Positions 19,190 through 27,999 of a stretch of 64,000 nucleotides of DNA are shown piece by piece; position 1 is the first letter of the stretch, and each line of letters opens with the position of its first letter. Under the pieces are notes generated by a model, which was given only the letters and a program-made list of their open reading frames with translations, made no database searches and was not told the DNA's origin. The stretch comes from an uncultured Candidatus Saccharibacteria bacterium (GTDB lineage Bacteria; Patescibacteriota; Minisyncoccia; Phycocordibacterales; DATDWN01), in assembly GCA_964507615.1 (NCBI GenBank), contig CAZDPS010000001.1:25777-89776 (forward strand), read 5' to 3'. The translations under genes were made by a program, and so were the position numbers.

Positions 19190-20658
19190 TACCTCACTTC
19201 GTCCCAGGAGACGATTTGATACTGATCGCTAGTCAGTGGAAAACTCGGAGGCGGACCATACAACAAATTTGCATCGTATATAATATTTCTAGTGTTATAA
19301 CCGGTACCATCTGTATAGGCAAAACCATAACGAATATTCGTCCCTATCATTCCATATAAGGTTATTGAGTTTCTGTCATAACCAGTACCACAATCAGATT
19401 CGTAGTAATATCTTCCAACACGACCGTTCTGTGCTATAAGCGCAGCATCAATTCGTAAATCGTTGAGACTGCCCAAACCTGCATTTATATTTCCCTGTGC
19501 TATGAGGGCCAAAACATCTTGACCATCATAATTTGTATATAACAAATTATTATTCACTGTTATTGATGGTCTAGTACTTGCGTTATCTGGAAATCTACCG
19601 GCTGCCAAAGTAACGCGAGCTGTATTTATTTGGCCTTCAACCCAAACGTTGTCTTCAACAAAAATAAGTCCATTAGCTGTTATTGGGTAGTTGCCGATGA
19701 AAGTCTGATTTCCACTGCCCGTTGTTCTTATTGTCCATGTCCCCCAACCTGTCTGACCAGAAACAGCACTACATCCCGATGGTGGAGACATGAGATTGTT
19801 AACTCTGTAAACATCAAAAGTATCGTTTACTTTTAGAACAATCCTATAACCAGAAGCTCCTGAGCTTGATAGATATTTACCACTTGCCTGGGCATCGCTT
19901 TTTATTTGAGCCAAATCTGTGGTCAAACCAACAAAATCGATCGCAGGAACAGGAAAAGACCGGCCAATCATAAAAACATCTGCACGACTCGCCACACCAC
20001 TTGGAGGAGCTTCAGCAACTCTGAATGTATCATTGACACCTGTGGCTGGAGGCGGATTAACATGAGTATGAACACCAAATTCCATATTCCCTGTATGATC
20101 AGGATCATCATATCTATCTTTTGCACTTGTGATTATGTTATGGGCCAACCCATCAAAACGTATCCCTCCGTTTGAATGTATGGGTCCAAAAACTTCTGTG
20201 CCTGGACCAAAACGCATGTTATCGTTTGCTGCTATTGCATATTTGGCAAATGATGGGATAGCGAGTTGAACCACTATTGATCTAGAAACTGTGGGGTCCG
20301 ACAGAACTGTTCCGGTGGATTTTATTCTGACCAATGTAAAACCAGGAAGGGGTGGTGTAATCTCTAATGTAAAAGCACCAATTTCAATACCATCCTTATC
20401 ATAAAATGTATGTACGTAAGGACCAGGCTGTCCTGTGCCATCTTGATAGTCTGTCGAGGCATGAGCTAGGTGCCAACGATAATAGTCTATTCCCGCTTCT
20501 GCGATCTGTAGTGCTTGCTCGCGAAAAACTCCTATCCTTGATGCTTTGAGACTAACACTAGCCCAACTAATAAGGGCCCCTATCATTATTATAGAAATGA
20601 CCCCAAAGAAAAAAGCTTGGAGTAGTATAGAGCCGGATTGTAACTTTTTGCTTCTCAT
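19189..20658 (-). CDS. PilX-N-domain-like pilus assembly protein (489 aa)
   Basis: N-terminal TM then REQALQIAEAGIDYYRWHL (PilX_N-like A..AEAG motif); located in the pilus gene cluster. Confidence 0.65.
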   Translation of the reverse strand: MRSKKLQSGSILLQAFFFGVISIIMIGALISWASVSLKASRIGVFREQALQIAEAGIDYYRWHLAHASTDYQDGTGQPGPYVHTFYDKDGIEIGAFTLEITPPLPGFTLVRIKSTGTVLSDPTVSRSIVVQLAIPSFAKYAIAANDNMRFGPGTEVFGPIHSNGGIRFDGLAHNIITSAKDRYDDPDHTGNMEFGVHTHVNPPPATGVNDTFRVAEAPPSGVASRADVFMIGRSFPVPAIDFVGLTTDLAQIKSDAQASGKYLSSSGASGYRIVLKVNDTFDVYRVNNLMSPPSGCSAVSGQTGWGTWTIRTTGSGNQTFIGNYPITANGLIFVEDNVWVEGQINTARVTLAAGRFPDNASTRPSITVNNNLLYTNYDGQDVLALIAQGNINAGLGSLNDLRIDAALIAQNGRVGRYYYESDCGTGYDRNSITLYGMIGTNIRYGFAYTDGTGYNTRNIIYDANLLYGPPPSFPLTSDQYQIVSWDEVR

Positions 20659-20660
20659 TT

Positions 20661-21344
20661 TTATAAATTATCTTTAAGGTTACGTAAGTTTACCTGCGAA
20701 CTTACTATCATTTCAGCCGGGGAACGGTTTGGGTCTTTATCAATTATAACAGTAATTTTAACAAATCTTATTGATTGTATGTCTATGGGATATGACATTG
20801 GTGGTGTACTGCCTGTATAAGTCGATGGATAGTATTCAAATAAAGGTCTAGTAGAGCTCGCCACAAATCCAGATATGACAGTTGATAATTTTTCGTTTGC
20901 ACTATTATATGTAAGAGGGCTACCCGATGGAGCTGTTATGCCTCTCTTAACCTCCGTTCCACTCAAGAAATATCTAACCTTGTCTTTTAGTCCATTATTA
21001 TCTACGTCACTATAAAAAGTAACCCCGGTGGAAGATGCTAATTCGATTGAATACGCACCTACTGCGGATGGACCAACTTCCCGTAGCTCTGTTACCATAA
21101 CCTTCAATACGTGTCTCGCGTCTATTTGCGCATTTAAACTACCTTGTAATGAAAAATTTAGAGAGAAAACGTCTTTCTGAAAAGTAGAGATAATTAAAGA
21201 TAACATGCTCAATATAGCAACACTAATTAATATTTCAACCAAAGTGAATCCCGTAGTGAAGTTGGCATCTTCTTCTGTGCCTTTGGCACTATGCCAACTT
21301 CTACTACCGGAGAATCCTGTTTTCAAACTATTTTTTTTATACAT
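20661..21344 (-). CDS. Type IV pilin-like (pseudopilin) protein
   Basis: Prepilin-type N-terminal motif GFTLVEILISVAIL after a leader. Confidence 0.75.
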   Translation of the reverse strand: MYKKNSLKTGFSGSRSWHSAKGTEEDANFTTGFTLVEILISVAILSMLSLIISTFQKDVFSLNFSLQGSLNAQIDARHVLKVMVTELREVGPSAVGAYSIELASSTGVTFYSDVDNNGLKDKVRYFLSGTEVKRGITAPSGSPLTYNSANEKLSTVISGFVASSTRPLFEYYPSTYTGSTPPMSYPIDIQSIRFVKITVIIDKDPNRSPAEMIVSSQVNLRNLKDNL

Positions 21345-21354
21345 TTTTTAATAA

Positions 21355-23169
21355 TTAACTAGACATTAAAACAACTTCTGTAGATACCCACGGAGCATCT
21401 ACGTTGATCTGTACATCTTGACTCACATACCCCACCTTCTCTAGGTGTAAATTATATATGCCATTCAATAACCCACTAAATGATGTTTGCCCTGGTGGAG
21501 TACAAGATGATGTAAAGGTAAAAAATATGTCAGAAATGTTTGGTGTGGCTGTGGTCACACTAGAGTCAAGAAATAATTTATATCTCAGAAACCTATTACC
21601 ATTGTTACTCGAATGAATATTTTTATTGGCAACTGTGTAGTAGCTACTACTTGTTCCATCTGGGCCACTGAAATCCCAAGTTGCCCCATCATTGTTTGTA
21701 GCTATTTGGATGCGAACATTTGGATCCCCCGTTGCAACAGGCTGGTCTATTGGAGTCCAATCTATTTGCTGAAAATTACTTGCAGAACCAGTATCGAAAG
21801 ACGAAGAAGTCAAAACACCATTATGAACATAGTCACTAAACACTTTTTTTAATAAAACATCTCCTACAGGATCCAGTGTCTCTAAGTTACCGTCAGAAGC
21901 CAGATACATCGTTGTGTTTGTTGATGTTGCTTGCCCACCACCACCCGACCAATCTGTTTGACCCAAGAATCCCTGACCCGTAACTCCTGATTCACTAAAT
22001 CCTGTCTTGGTTAAAGTAGCCGACACACCAGAAAGAGGAAGATTGGTTGCCCCATCTTTTACGATAACAAGTAGGGTGTTTGGATCTTTGGATGCCATTA
22101 TTAATTGAACATTTTGCGTACTACCAGGAGTAACACTGATAGGAAGAAGAGGGTTTGTTCCAACAACATCATAAATTGAATCTGTCCCGGTAAATGAATA
22201 CGTATCCCACTCAATATCACTTAGTAACAATTGACCGCTTCCGTTTGTAATTTTATTTTCATCATATTTTAAAACATCTGGACTTGTTCCGATAAGCTTA
22301 TTTCCTTTAAGAGAGAAATCAAAAGAACCGACCGGATTACAAGTATTAGAAACAGAAGAAATATTTAATGAACTCAACTCGTCGATAACAAAACTAACTT
22401 GTGTTACTTGTTGCAAAACAATAGTTGCATGAGGTTTAGATGGATTAGAGTTGTCTATTGAAGCCATATATGTTTTGTCTGTAGAAAAACCAGGTTTACT
22501 TATGGTAATTTCGTATGCATTTATTCCAGGAGGCGCATCAACGACCTGAAGCATTCCACTATTATTTGTGACGTCATCAATAATGATCGGTGGCACAACT
22601 TGATTGTTTTCGATGTGCACATTAGCCCCTTCTACCGGATCACCGTTGGCATCAAAAACTCTAACAAAAAGTGCTCCGTTGGTAGATGCTGTCTCTAGAT
22701 TTTTTGGAGACACTCTTGTAGTAATAACCATTGGTACAAAATTTTTACAACTCGTACAATTAACCTCTATTTCAACTATTTTAGAATCCGCCGGGGAAAG
22801 ATCGTTCGGCGTCCCACCCAAAGTACCATCAAAGGGATCGTCAAAATTTCTAACTGTTGTTAAGACTGTGTATTGATATGTGTCTCTCACAATGTTTTGT
22901 GAGTGAACAAGAACCCCAGATGGAATACCTGAAACCACTCCAACACTTGAATATGGAAGATTGCGAACAATCTCTAACCTTTCATTTATCAAACTAATCG
23001 CCTCAATTTTTGCACGACTAGCATGAACCACACTAAAAACACCAACATAGGAGTTGTATACAGCCAAAACAATGACAAGAAAAACTGCGGTGCCTATCAC
23101 GAGTTCTACAAGAGAGAAACCAGAGGAAAATTTTTTTAGGTTTATGTTTTTCTGATTTTTCAGTATCAT
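21355..23169 (-). CDS. Large pseudopilin-like protein (604 aa)
   Basis: Prepilin-type motif SGFSLVELVIGTAVFLVIVL; long beta-rich Ser/Thr/Asn-rich extracellular part. Confidence 0.75.
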   Translation of the reverse strand: MILKNQKNINLKKFSSGFSLVELVIGTAVFLVIVLAVYNSYVGVFSVVHASRAKIEAISLINERLEIVRNLPYSSVGVVSGIPSGVLVHSQNIVRDTYQYTVLTTVRNFDDPFDGTLGGTPNDLSPADSKIVEIEVNCTSCKNFVPMVITTRVSPKNLETASTNGALFVRVFDANGDPVEGANVHIENNQVVPPIIIDDVTNNSGMLQVVDAPPGINAYEITISKPGFSTDKTYMASIDNSNPSKPHATIVLQQVTQVSFVIDELSSLNISSVSNTCNPVGSFDFSLKGNKLIGTSPDVLKYDENKITNGSGQLLLSDIEWDTYSFTGTDSIYDVVGTNPLLPISVTPGSTQNVQLIMASKDPNTLLVIVKDGATNLPLSGVSATLTKTGFSESGVTGQGFLGQTDWSGGGGQATSTNTTMYLASDGNLETLDPVGDVLLKKVFSDYVHNGVLTSSSFDTGSASNFQQIDWTPIDQPVATGDPNVRIQIATNNDGATWDFSGPDGTSSSYYTVANKNIHSSNNGNRFLRYKLFLDSSVTTATPNISDIFFTFTSSCTPPGQTSFSGLLNGIYNLHLEKVGYVSQDVQINVDAPWVSTEVVLMSS

Positions 23170-23271
23170 AAAATTTTCAATTTCTAATTGACCTAATTAC
23201 TCTAATTTCTAAGCAAATTCTAGTTTGATTTATTTAGGTCAATTAGAATAATTAGAAATTAGGTTAATTTT

Positions 23272-24483
23272 TTACAGTGCATCTGCCAATGAATATGTTG
23301 GTCCCAGCATCGATATAGCAAAGAACCCAACAGCCACACCTATAACAATCATAATGAGAGGCTCTATTATGGAAGACATGTCCTTTGTCTTCTGATCAAC
23401 CTCCTCCTCATAAAACACTGCTACACCCATGAGCATCTCCCCTATTTTTCCAGTTTCTTCTCCCACTGCGACCATCTCTCCTACAAATAGCGGATAGAGA
23501 TCGTTGTGACTAGAAAGCACAGTTGAAATCTGCTCTCCCTTCTGAATCTTTTCTTGCATTTCATTTAACACTTCTTTGTAATACGAGTTTTGTACAACGT
23601 CTTTTGTAACACCGAGTGCAACCACCACCTCAACTCCGGAAGAAAGAAGTGATGACAAGGTCCTGGCCATACGAGCAGAGTTAATTTGTCTCGTTATTTC
23701 ACCCACAACTGGCAAGTGAAGCAATATTGAATCCATAACCCTATGGCCTTTAACACTTCGGAAAAATACAACCAAAGAAGATATGCCTGCCAATACCCCG
23801 ATTATAATAAATAGAAAATAATTCTTTAGAAAATCACTGATAGCTATGATGATGCGAGTTGATAGAGGAAGCTTAATATTCAAACCAACAAATGTGGCTG
23901 TCAGTGTAGGCACCATGTAAACAAGCATCAGAACTCCAATAATAATCATTAAGGTAAAAATAACTGCTGGGTACATCATAGCTCCCTTTATCTTTTTTGT
24001 TAGTTGGTATGACTTTTCCATTTGCAAACCAACATTCTGTAGAGCAAAAGAAAGATTACCTGACTCTTCACCCGCACGAACCATGGACACAAATAGAGTC
24101 GAAAATATTTTTGGATAATCTTTCATTGCGTCACTGAAGGTCACACCCCTGGAAAGAGAATCATAAAGCCCAGAAATAACTTTTTTGAAAGTCCCCTTAC
24201 TCTGTCTCTGTAATATAGAAAGAGCACGAGTAATAGGAAGCCCTGCCTCAATCATTTTGGAAAGATTTCTTGCAAAAATTATTTTGTCATGAGCTTTTAC
24301 ACTACCAGAAAAAGGCATAGAGAAAGACAGAAAGGAAGACTTCTTTTTTACTTCCTCTGCGAAAATCACCGTACTACCATCTTGCTTTACGGTGTGATAA
24401 AGAGAAAATTTGTCCTGTGCTTCTGCTGTACCCTCAACTGTCCTACCCTCTCTGCTTATCGTTTTGTAATGAAATAGTGGCAT
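23272..24483 (-). CDS. pilC: Type IV pilus platform protein PilC (T2SS F family)
   Basis: 403 aa, two GspF-type repeats, three TM segments; adjacent to pilB. Confidence 0.9.
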   Translation of the reverse strand: MPLFHYKTISREGRTVEGTAEAQDKFSLYHTVKQDGSTVIFAEEVKKKSSFLSFSMPFSGSVKAHDKIIFARNLSKMIEAGLPITRALSILQRQSKGTFKKVISGLYDSLSRGVTFSDAMKDYPKIFSTLFVSMVRAGEESGNLSFALQNVGLQMEKSYQLTKKIKGAMMYPAVIFTLMIIIGVLMLVYMVPTLTATFVGLNIKLPLSTRIIIAISDFLKNYFLFIIIGVLAGISSLVVFFRSVKGHRVMDSILLHLPVVGEITRQINSARMARTLSSLLSSGVEVVVALGVTKDVVQNSYYKEVLNEMQEKIQKGEQISTVLSSHNDLYPLFVGEMVAVGEETGKIGEMLMGVAVFYEEEVDQKTKDMSSIIEPLIMIVIGVAVGFFAISMLGPTYSLADAL

Positions 24484-24545
24484 GAAATAGTTTTTGTAAA
24501 AATTACTAGATGTAAAAGAGTAAAATAAATTTTAATTTATCTTAA

Positions 24546-24591
24546 TTGTATCAAAAATAAATTTTTAATACATAAAAAATGTGTAAAAGTT
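24546..24591 (-). promoter_or_regulatory. Conserved promoter/operator upstream of pilC
   Basis: About 45 nt nearly identical to 27409-27454; minus strand has palindrome ACACAtttttTATGT and extended -10 TGaTACAAT. Confidence 0.55.
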
Positions 24592-24662
24592 TTTTAATTG
24601 CTTCCGTAGTCCCTGTAATCAAACATCTTTTCCATAGTGACACCTGTGTAAAGTTAAAAATT

Positions 24663-24746
24663 TATACGAAAAAACCCGATACAGAGAATCTGTATCGAGT
24701 GTGTAGGTAGGGTGCCGAGGCACCCTACCTTGAATGTGCTACTTGC
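24663..24746 (-). terminator. Tandem-hairpin terminator module of island 4 (shared with island 3)
   Basis: Hairpins aggtagggtgc/gcaccctacct (24705-24730) and cgatacag/ctgtatcg (24677-24697) plus T-tract; C-G to T-A compensatory change relative to island 3. Confidence 0.75.
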
Positions 24747-25161
24747 GAACGCCGAGGAACCGACAGCCGCCACCCCAGCCAACGTCCCACCAGCTGAGGC
24801 CGAGGTCCCGCCGGGAGACGACCCTGTCGAGGTACGCCACGCGACGGTAGCCGGGGACCTCGCACGAAGAGCCGAGAGCGACGATTGGGAACTGCCTCTG
24901 GACATCGGGATTCTTGGCCCCGAAGGAGAGTAGCTCGTGGATCGTTGCTGAGCGGTATCCGAGCTTGTCCATCTCCAGGACTGCGTTGTCGGACGAGATG
25001 AACTTGTTGAAGTGGATGAGCTCTGCACTCACCACAGTCTCGCGGGTTCCCGTCTTGGGAAAGTTCACCTCGGTGATGCTGGGGTTGACCCAGTCGTAGG
25101 CGCCGGCCTTGATCATATCGACCAACGACAGAGCGAAATTCACAACAAATTCATACACCAT
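24739..25161 (-). CDS. Hypothetical protein (140 aa), GC-rich island 4
   Basis: SD aggaga 7 nt before ATG; normal composition, unlike overlapping frames; C-terminus WDVGWGGGCRFLGVRK. Confidence 0.65.
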   Translation of the reverse strand: MVYEFVVNFALSLVDMIKAGAYDWVNPSITEVNFPKTGTRETVVSAELIHFNKFISSDNAVLEMDKLGYRSATIHELLSFGAKNPDVQRQFPIVALGSSCEVPGYRRVAYLDRVVSRRDLGLSWWDVGWGGGCRFLGVRK

Positions 25162-25217
25162 GGTGTATCTCCTGGGGCCATTAGGCCGAAAGTGGCTGTC
25201 AAACCGTTCTGAATACT

Positions 25218-25246
25218 ATCATACACCTAAATGGTGATAATGTCAA
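25218..25246 (-). promoter_or_regulatory. Sigma70-like promoter of island 4
   Basis: TTGACA (25246-25241), 17 nt, TATGAT (25223-25218). Confidence 0.6.
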
Positions 25247-25336
25247 GGATTTTATGGTAAAAATGACAAAAAAGGCCTGAAATAGGCCGTTTTTCCTAAA
25301 ACCTACACGGGCCAGGCCTATGTAGGTTCTAAAAAT

Positions 25337-25493
25337 CTCGTTGAAGTCGTATCTTTTGAAAGCCTCCACAACCCTCCAGCATGGTTCAGTCAATGACCCT
25401 GAGCATAGCGAAGGGCTCTTGACGGATGGAGGGTGAGGACAAGCCAGCCCATTCGCAGGAATGGGCTGGGAAGCTTTCAAAAGATATGACGAG
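25337..25493 (+). repeat. Family C structured repeat, copy C1
   Basis: P1 ctcgt(tgaag)cgtatcttttgaaagc/gctttcaaaagatatgacgag; conserved core agcatggttcagtcaatgaccctgagcatagcgaagggctcttgacgg; second copy at 38554-38728. Confidence 0.7.
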
Positions 25494-25514
25494 AAAGAGA
25501 TTTTGGAAAAACCT

Positions 25515-27266
25515 TTATTCCGAAATAACACGGAGCACCTCTTCAATCGTTGTTAGACCTTGAACAGCTTGGAAAACTCCATCCTCAAACATCGTAAGCA
25601 TCCCCTCCTTCTCTGCTATCTCCTGGATAGCATCTGCTGTTCCCGATTTCAAAATAACCTCCTTTATAGCTGGAGAGACCTTCATTATCTCGTGTATTCC
25701 AATACGACCAGAGTATCCCTCACCTGCCGGAACATCTTTCTTTAACCTCCAGAAAGGTATTTCTGTCCAGTCATCTGACTTGCCGACAACTTTTTCGGCT
25801 TTCAAGGCCTTTAAGACTTTGTCCAAATCAACAGACTTACCCAGTGTTTCTAACTCTGCTTTTGTAAGAAAGTATTTTTCTTTCTGATCTGTCAATCTTC
25901 TAACAAGCCTCTGAGCAATAATAATATTTATTGTTGAAACCAAAAGAAATGGTTCAACTTTCATATCCATGAGACGAGGGATGGCACCTGCCGCGGAGTT
26001 AGTGTGTAGCGTTGAAAGCACAACGTGACCAGTCAAAGCAGCGTTAACAGCCAATGCCGCCGTTTCGTTGTCACGAATTTCTCCCACCATAATAATGTCT
26101 GGGTCCTGACGCACTAAAGTACGGAGACCGTTTGCAAATGTAAAACCTATTTCAGGACGAACCTGAGTTTGGTTTATTCTTTTCATCTGATACTCAATCG
26201 GATCCTCAATGGTAGAAATATTTACATCTGGAGTATTTAAAATATCTAGAATAGTATAAAGAGTAGTAGTTTTTCCTGAACCAGTAGGGCCTGTTGTTAG
26301 AATCATTCCGGTACTGGATTTTACTGCATCATGTATTCTCTCTAAACCGTCACCATGAAAACACAATGCTTCCAAAGTAAATCCAGAAACATTATCACGA
26401 AGAAGTCTCATCACTATTTTTTCACCATAATATGTTGGCAAGCTTGAAACACGAAAAGAAACTTTTTCTCCGTCTGAATCTATTTTAAACCTACCGTCTT
26501 GAGGAAGTCTTTTTTCATCTAGTTTCAAACTCGATAAAACTTTTATACGAGCCACGATACTTCCCGCCATATTTTTTGGCAGAATCATGGCATCATGCAA
26601 AAGTCCATCCAAACGATATCGAACTAGAAGCTCTTTTTCTTGTGGTTCTATATGAATATCTGACGCATTTTGCAAAATAGCATGTTTCAGAAGAGTGTCT
26701 ACTATACGAACCACAGGAACATCGTCCGCAAGTCTCCTCAAATCCTCTTCACTTGCACTTCCTTCAGGATCATCAGAAATATTTTTCAAAGTATTTGCAT
26801 CTTTTTGAATCAGGTCTCCAAATTCTGCCTTGAGAGATTTCTGATATTGCAAAATCGCACTCTTCATAGACTCTGCATCTGTAAGACGAGGAAGGATTTT
26901 CAAACCAACTTTCTTTTTTACGAAATCAATGGCTGTCAAATCCTCCGTATCAAGCATGGCAACCTCAAGGGATGTATCTGTTTTTTTGAAAGCAACAATA
27001 TTATGATTTCGTGCAATAGGTTCTGGAATAAGAGAGAGAACGTCAAAAGGAAGTTTCTCATTTTTTAAATCAACAAAAGGAATACCTAGAATGTAAGCCT
27101 GCATGCGACGCAAATCGTCTTCTGTCATTTTGCCTTTATTTACCAAAGATTTACCGATGCTTATACCAGTTTCTTTAGTTTCGTTTTCTGCAATATCCAC
27201 ATCAGCACGCGAAACCAATCCGGAGTCTAAAATAAATTCTTTTAGTTGTGTTTCTTCTATGTGCAT
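25515..27266 (-). CDS. pilB: Type IV pilus assembly ATPase PilB (GspE family)
   Basis: 583 aa; Walker A GPTGSGKTTT, Asp/His boxes; GspE N-terminal domain. Confidence 0.9.
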   Translation of the reverse strand: MHIEETQLKEFILDSGLVSRADVDIAENETKETGISIGKSLVNKGKMTEDDLRRMQAYILGIPFVDLKNEKLPFDVLSLIPEPIARNHNIVAFKKTDTSLEVAMLDTEDLTAIDFVKKKVGLKILPRLTDAESMKSAILQYQKSLKAEFGDLIQKDANTLKNISDDPEGSASEEDLRRLADDVPVVRIVDTLLKHAILQNASDIHIEPQEKELLVRYRLDGLLHDAMILPKNMAGSIVARIKVLSSLKLDEKRLPQDGRFKIDSDGEKVSFRVSSLPTYYGEKIVMRLLRDNVSGFTLEALCFHGDGLERIHDAVKSSTGMILTTGPTGSGKTTTLYTILDILNTPDVNISTIEDPIEYQMKRINQTQVRPEIGFTFANGLRTLVRQDPDIIMVGEIRDNETAALAVNAALTGHVVLSTLHTNSAAGAIPRLMDMKVEPFLLVSTINIIIAQRLVRRLTDQKEKYFLTKAELETLGKSVDLDKVLKALKAEKVVGKSDDWTEIPFWRLKKDVPAGEGYSGRIGIHEIMKVSPAIKEVILKSGTADAIQEIAEKEGMLTMFEDGVFQAVQGLTTIEEVLRVISE

Positions 27267-27408
27267 TTATCCGCACACTAATTTTGGCATTGTGTTTTTG
27301 TTGCTTGTTAAGTATTAACACAAAACATTATCTGGTCATTTTATAAATCTACTCTGTATATTTTGTAAAAACACAAAGCAACGATGCCAAATTTAGTGTT
27401 CGGATTAA

Positions 27409-27454
27409 TTATATCAAAAATAAATTTCTATTACACAAAAAATGTGTACAAGTT
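27409..27454 (-). promoter_or_regulatory. Conserved promoter/operator upstream of pilB
   Basis: Near-identical to 24546-24591; palindrome ACACAttttttGTGT and extended -10 TGaTATAAT on the minus strand; followed by a 5' UTR hairpin of about 130 nt (27271-27403). Confidence 0.55.
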
Positions 27455-27496
27455 CACTTGTTTGTTAATAAATATTTCAGTTGATATAATCTACTT

Positions 27497-27925
27497 ATGA
27501 AAAAACTAGAAATTGGAGGTACTTACAAACATTACAAAGGAACATTGAGCCTATTCAAAATCTAAACGCAAATAATAAATCAGTTCTTGGCTTGTCTGCA
27601 AAAATATCCAAATTTCGGCTGCAAATTATTCACTCCTCCTCAATCATATCTCGATATGCCTCGTCGGATTTCATAATTTTCGCTCGAAATTTGAACATTT
27701 TATCTAGACATTAGATTTTTCATAGGCTCCGTTACAGTTTTGTTTGAAGCACTACACAGTGAGACACTAGAGCCAATGGTGATTTATATTCATCTAGAAG
27801 ATGGGGGCACCTGGGCTAGACCTAGAAAGATGTTTCTTGAGAGCACAATGGTAAATGGCAAAAAAACAGAAAGATTCAAGAAAATAAACCAGAAATTGGT
27901 CATAAAGCCAAAGAAAAAACAGTAA
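27497..27925 (+). pseudogene. DUF1653-family gene interrupted by a 183-bp insertion
   Basis: N-terminal piece MKKLEIGGTYKHYKGT and C-terminal piece VTVLFEALHSETLEPMVIYIHLEDGGTWARPRKMFLE... match the two halves of DUF1653; removing 27547-27729 joins them in frame. Confidence 0.75.
27547..27729. mobile_element. MITE-like non-autonomous element (183 bp)
   Basis: 19-bp terminal inverted repeats gagcctattcaaaatctaa / ttagatttttcataggctc (17/19 match); no ORF; introduces an in-frame TAA into DUF1653. Confidence 0.6.
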
Positions 27926-27947
27926 TATAAGGTTTGTTTAAGTACTA

Positions 27948-27976
27948 TTGATTTACCTAGTGTTTTATACAATAAT
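27948..27976 (+). promoter_or_regulatory. Sigma70-like promoter of island 5
   Basis: TTGATT, 17 nt, AATAAT, about 23 nt upstream of the SD. Confidence 0.45.
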
Positions 27977-27999
27977 CAAGAAAGAAGGAGGTTGTGAGG

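Noticed and set aside
24654-25028. Alternative minus-strand 124-aa ORF and plus-strand ORFs in island 4
   Set aside because: Ser/Thr/Ala-rich low-complexity translation without an SD. It overlaps the better-supported 140-aa frame.
25395-25430. Family C core (cCTGAgcatagcGAAggg) as a hammerhead ribozyme
   Set aside because: It does not fit CUGANGA...GAAA with three helices, and copy C2 lacks the CUGA.
25199-25546. 115-aa ORF covering repeat C1
   Set aside because: It coincides with a repeated structured element that is non-coding in its second copy, and it overlaps the pilB 3' end.
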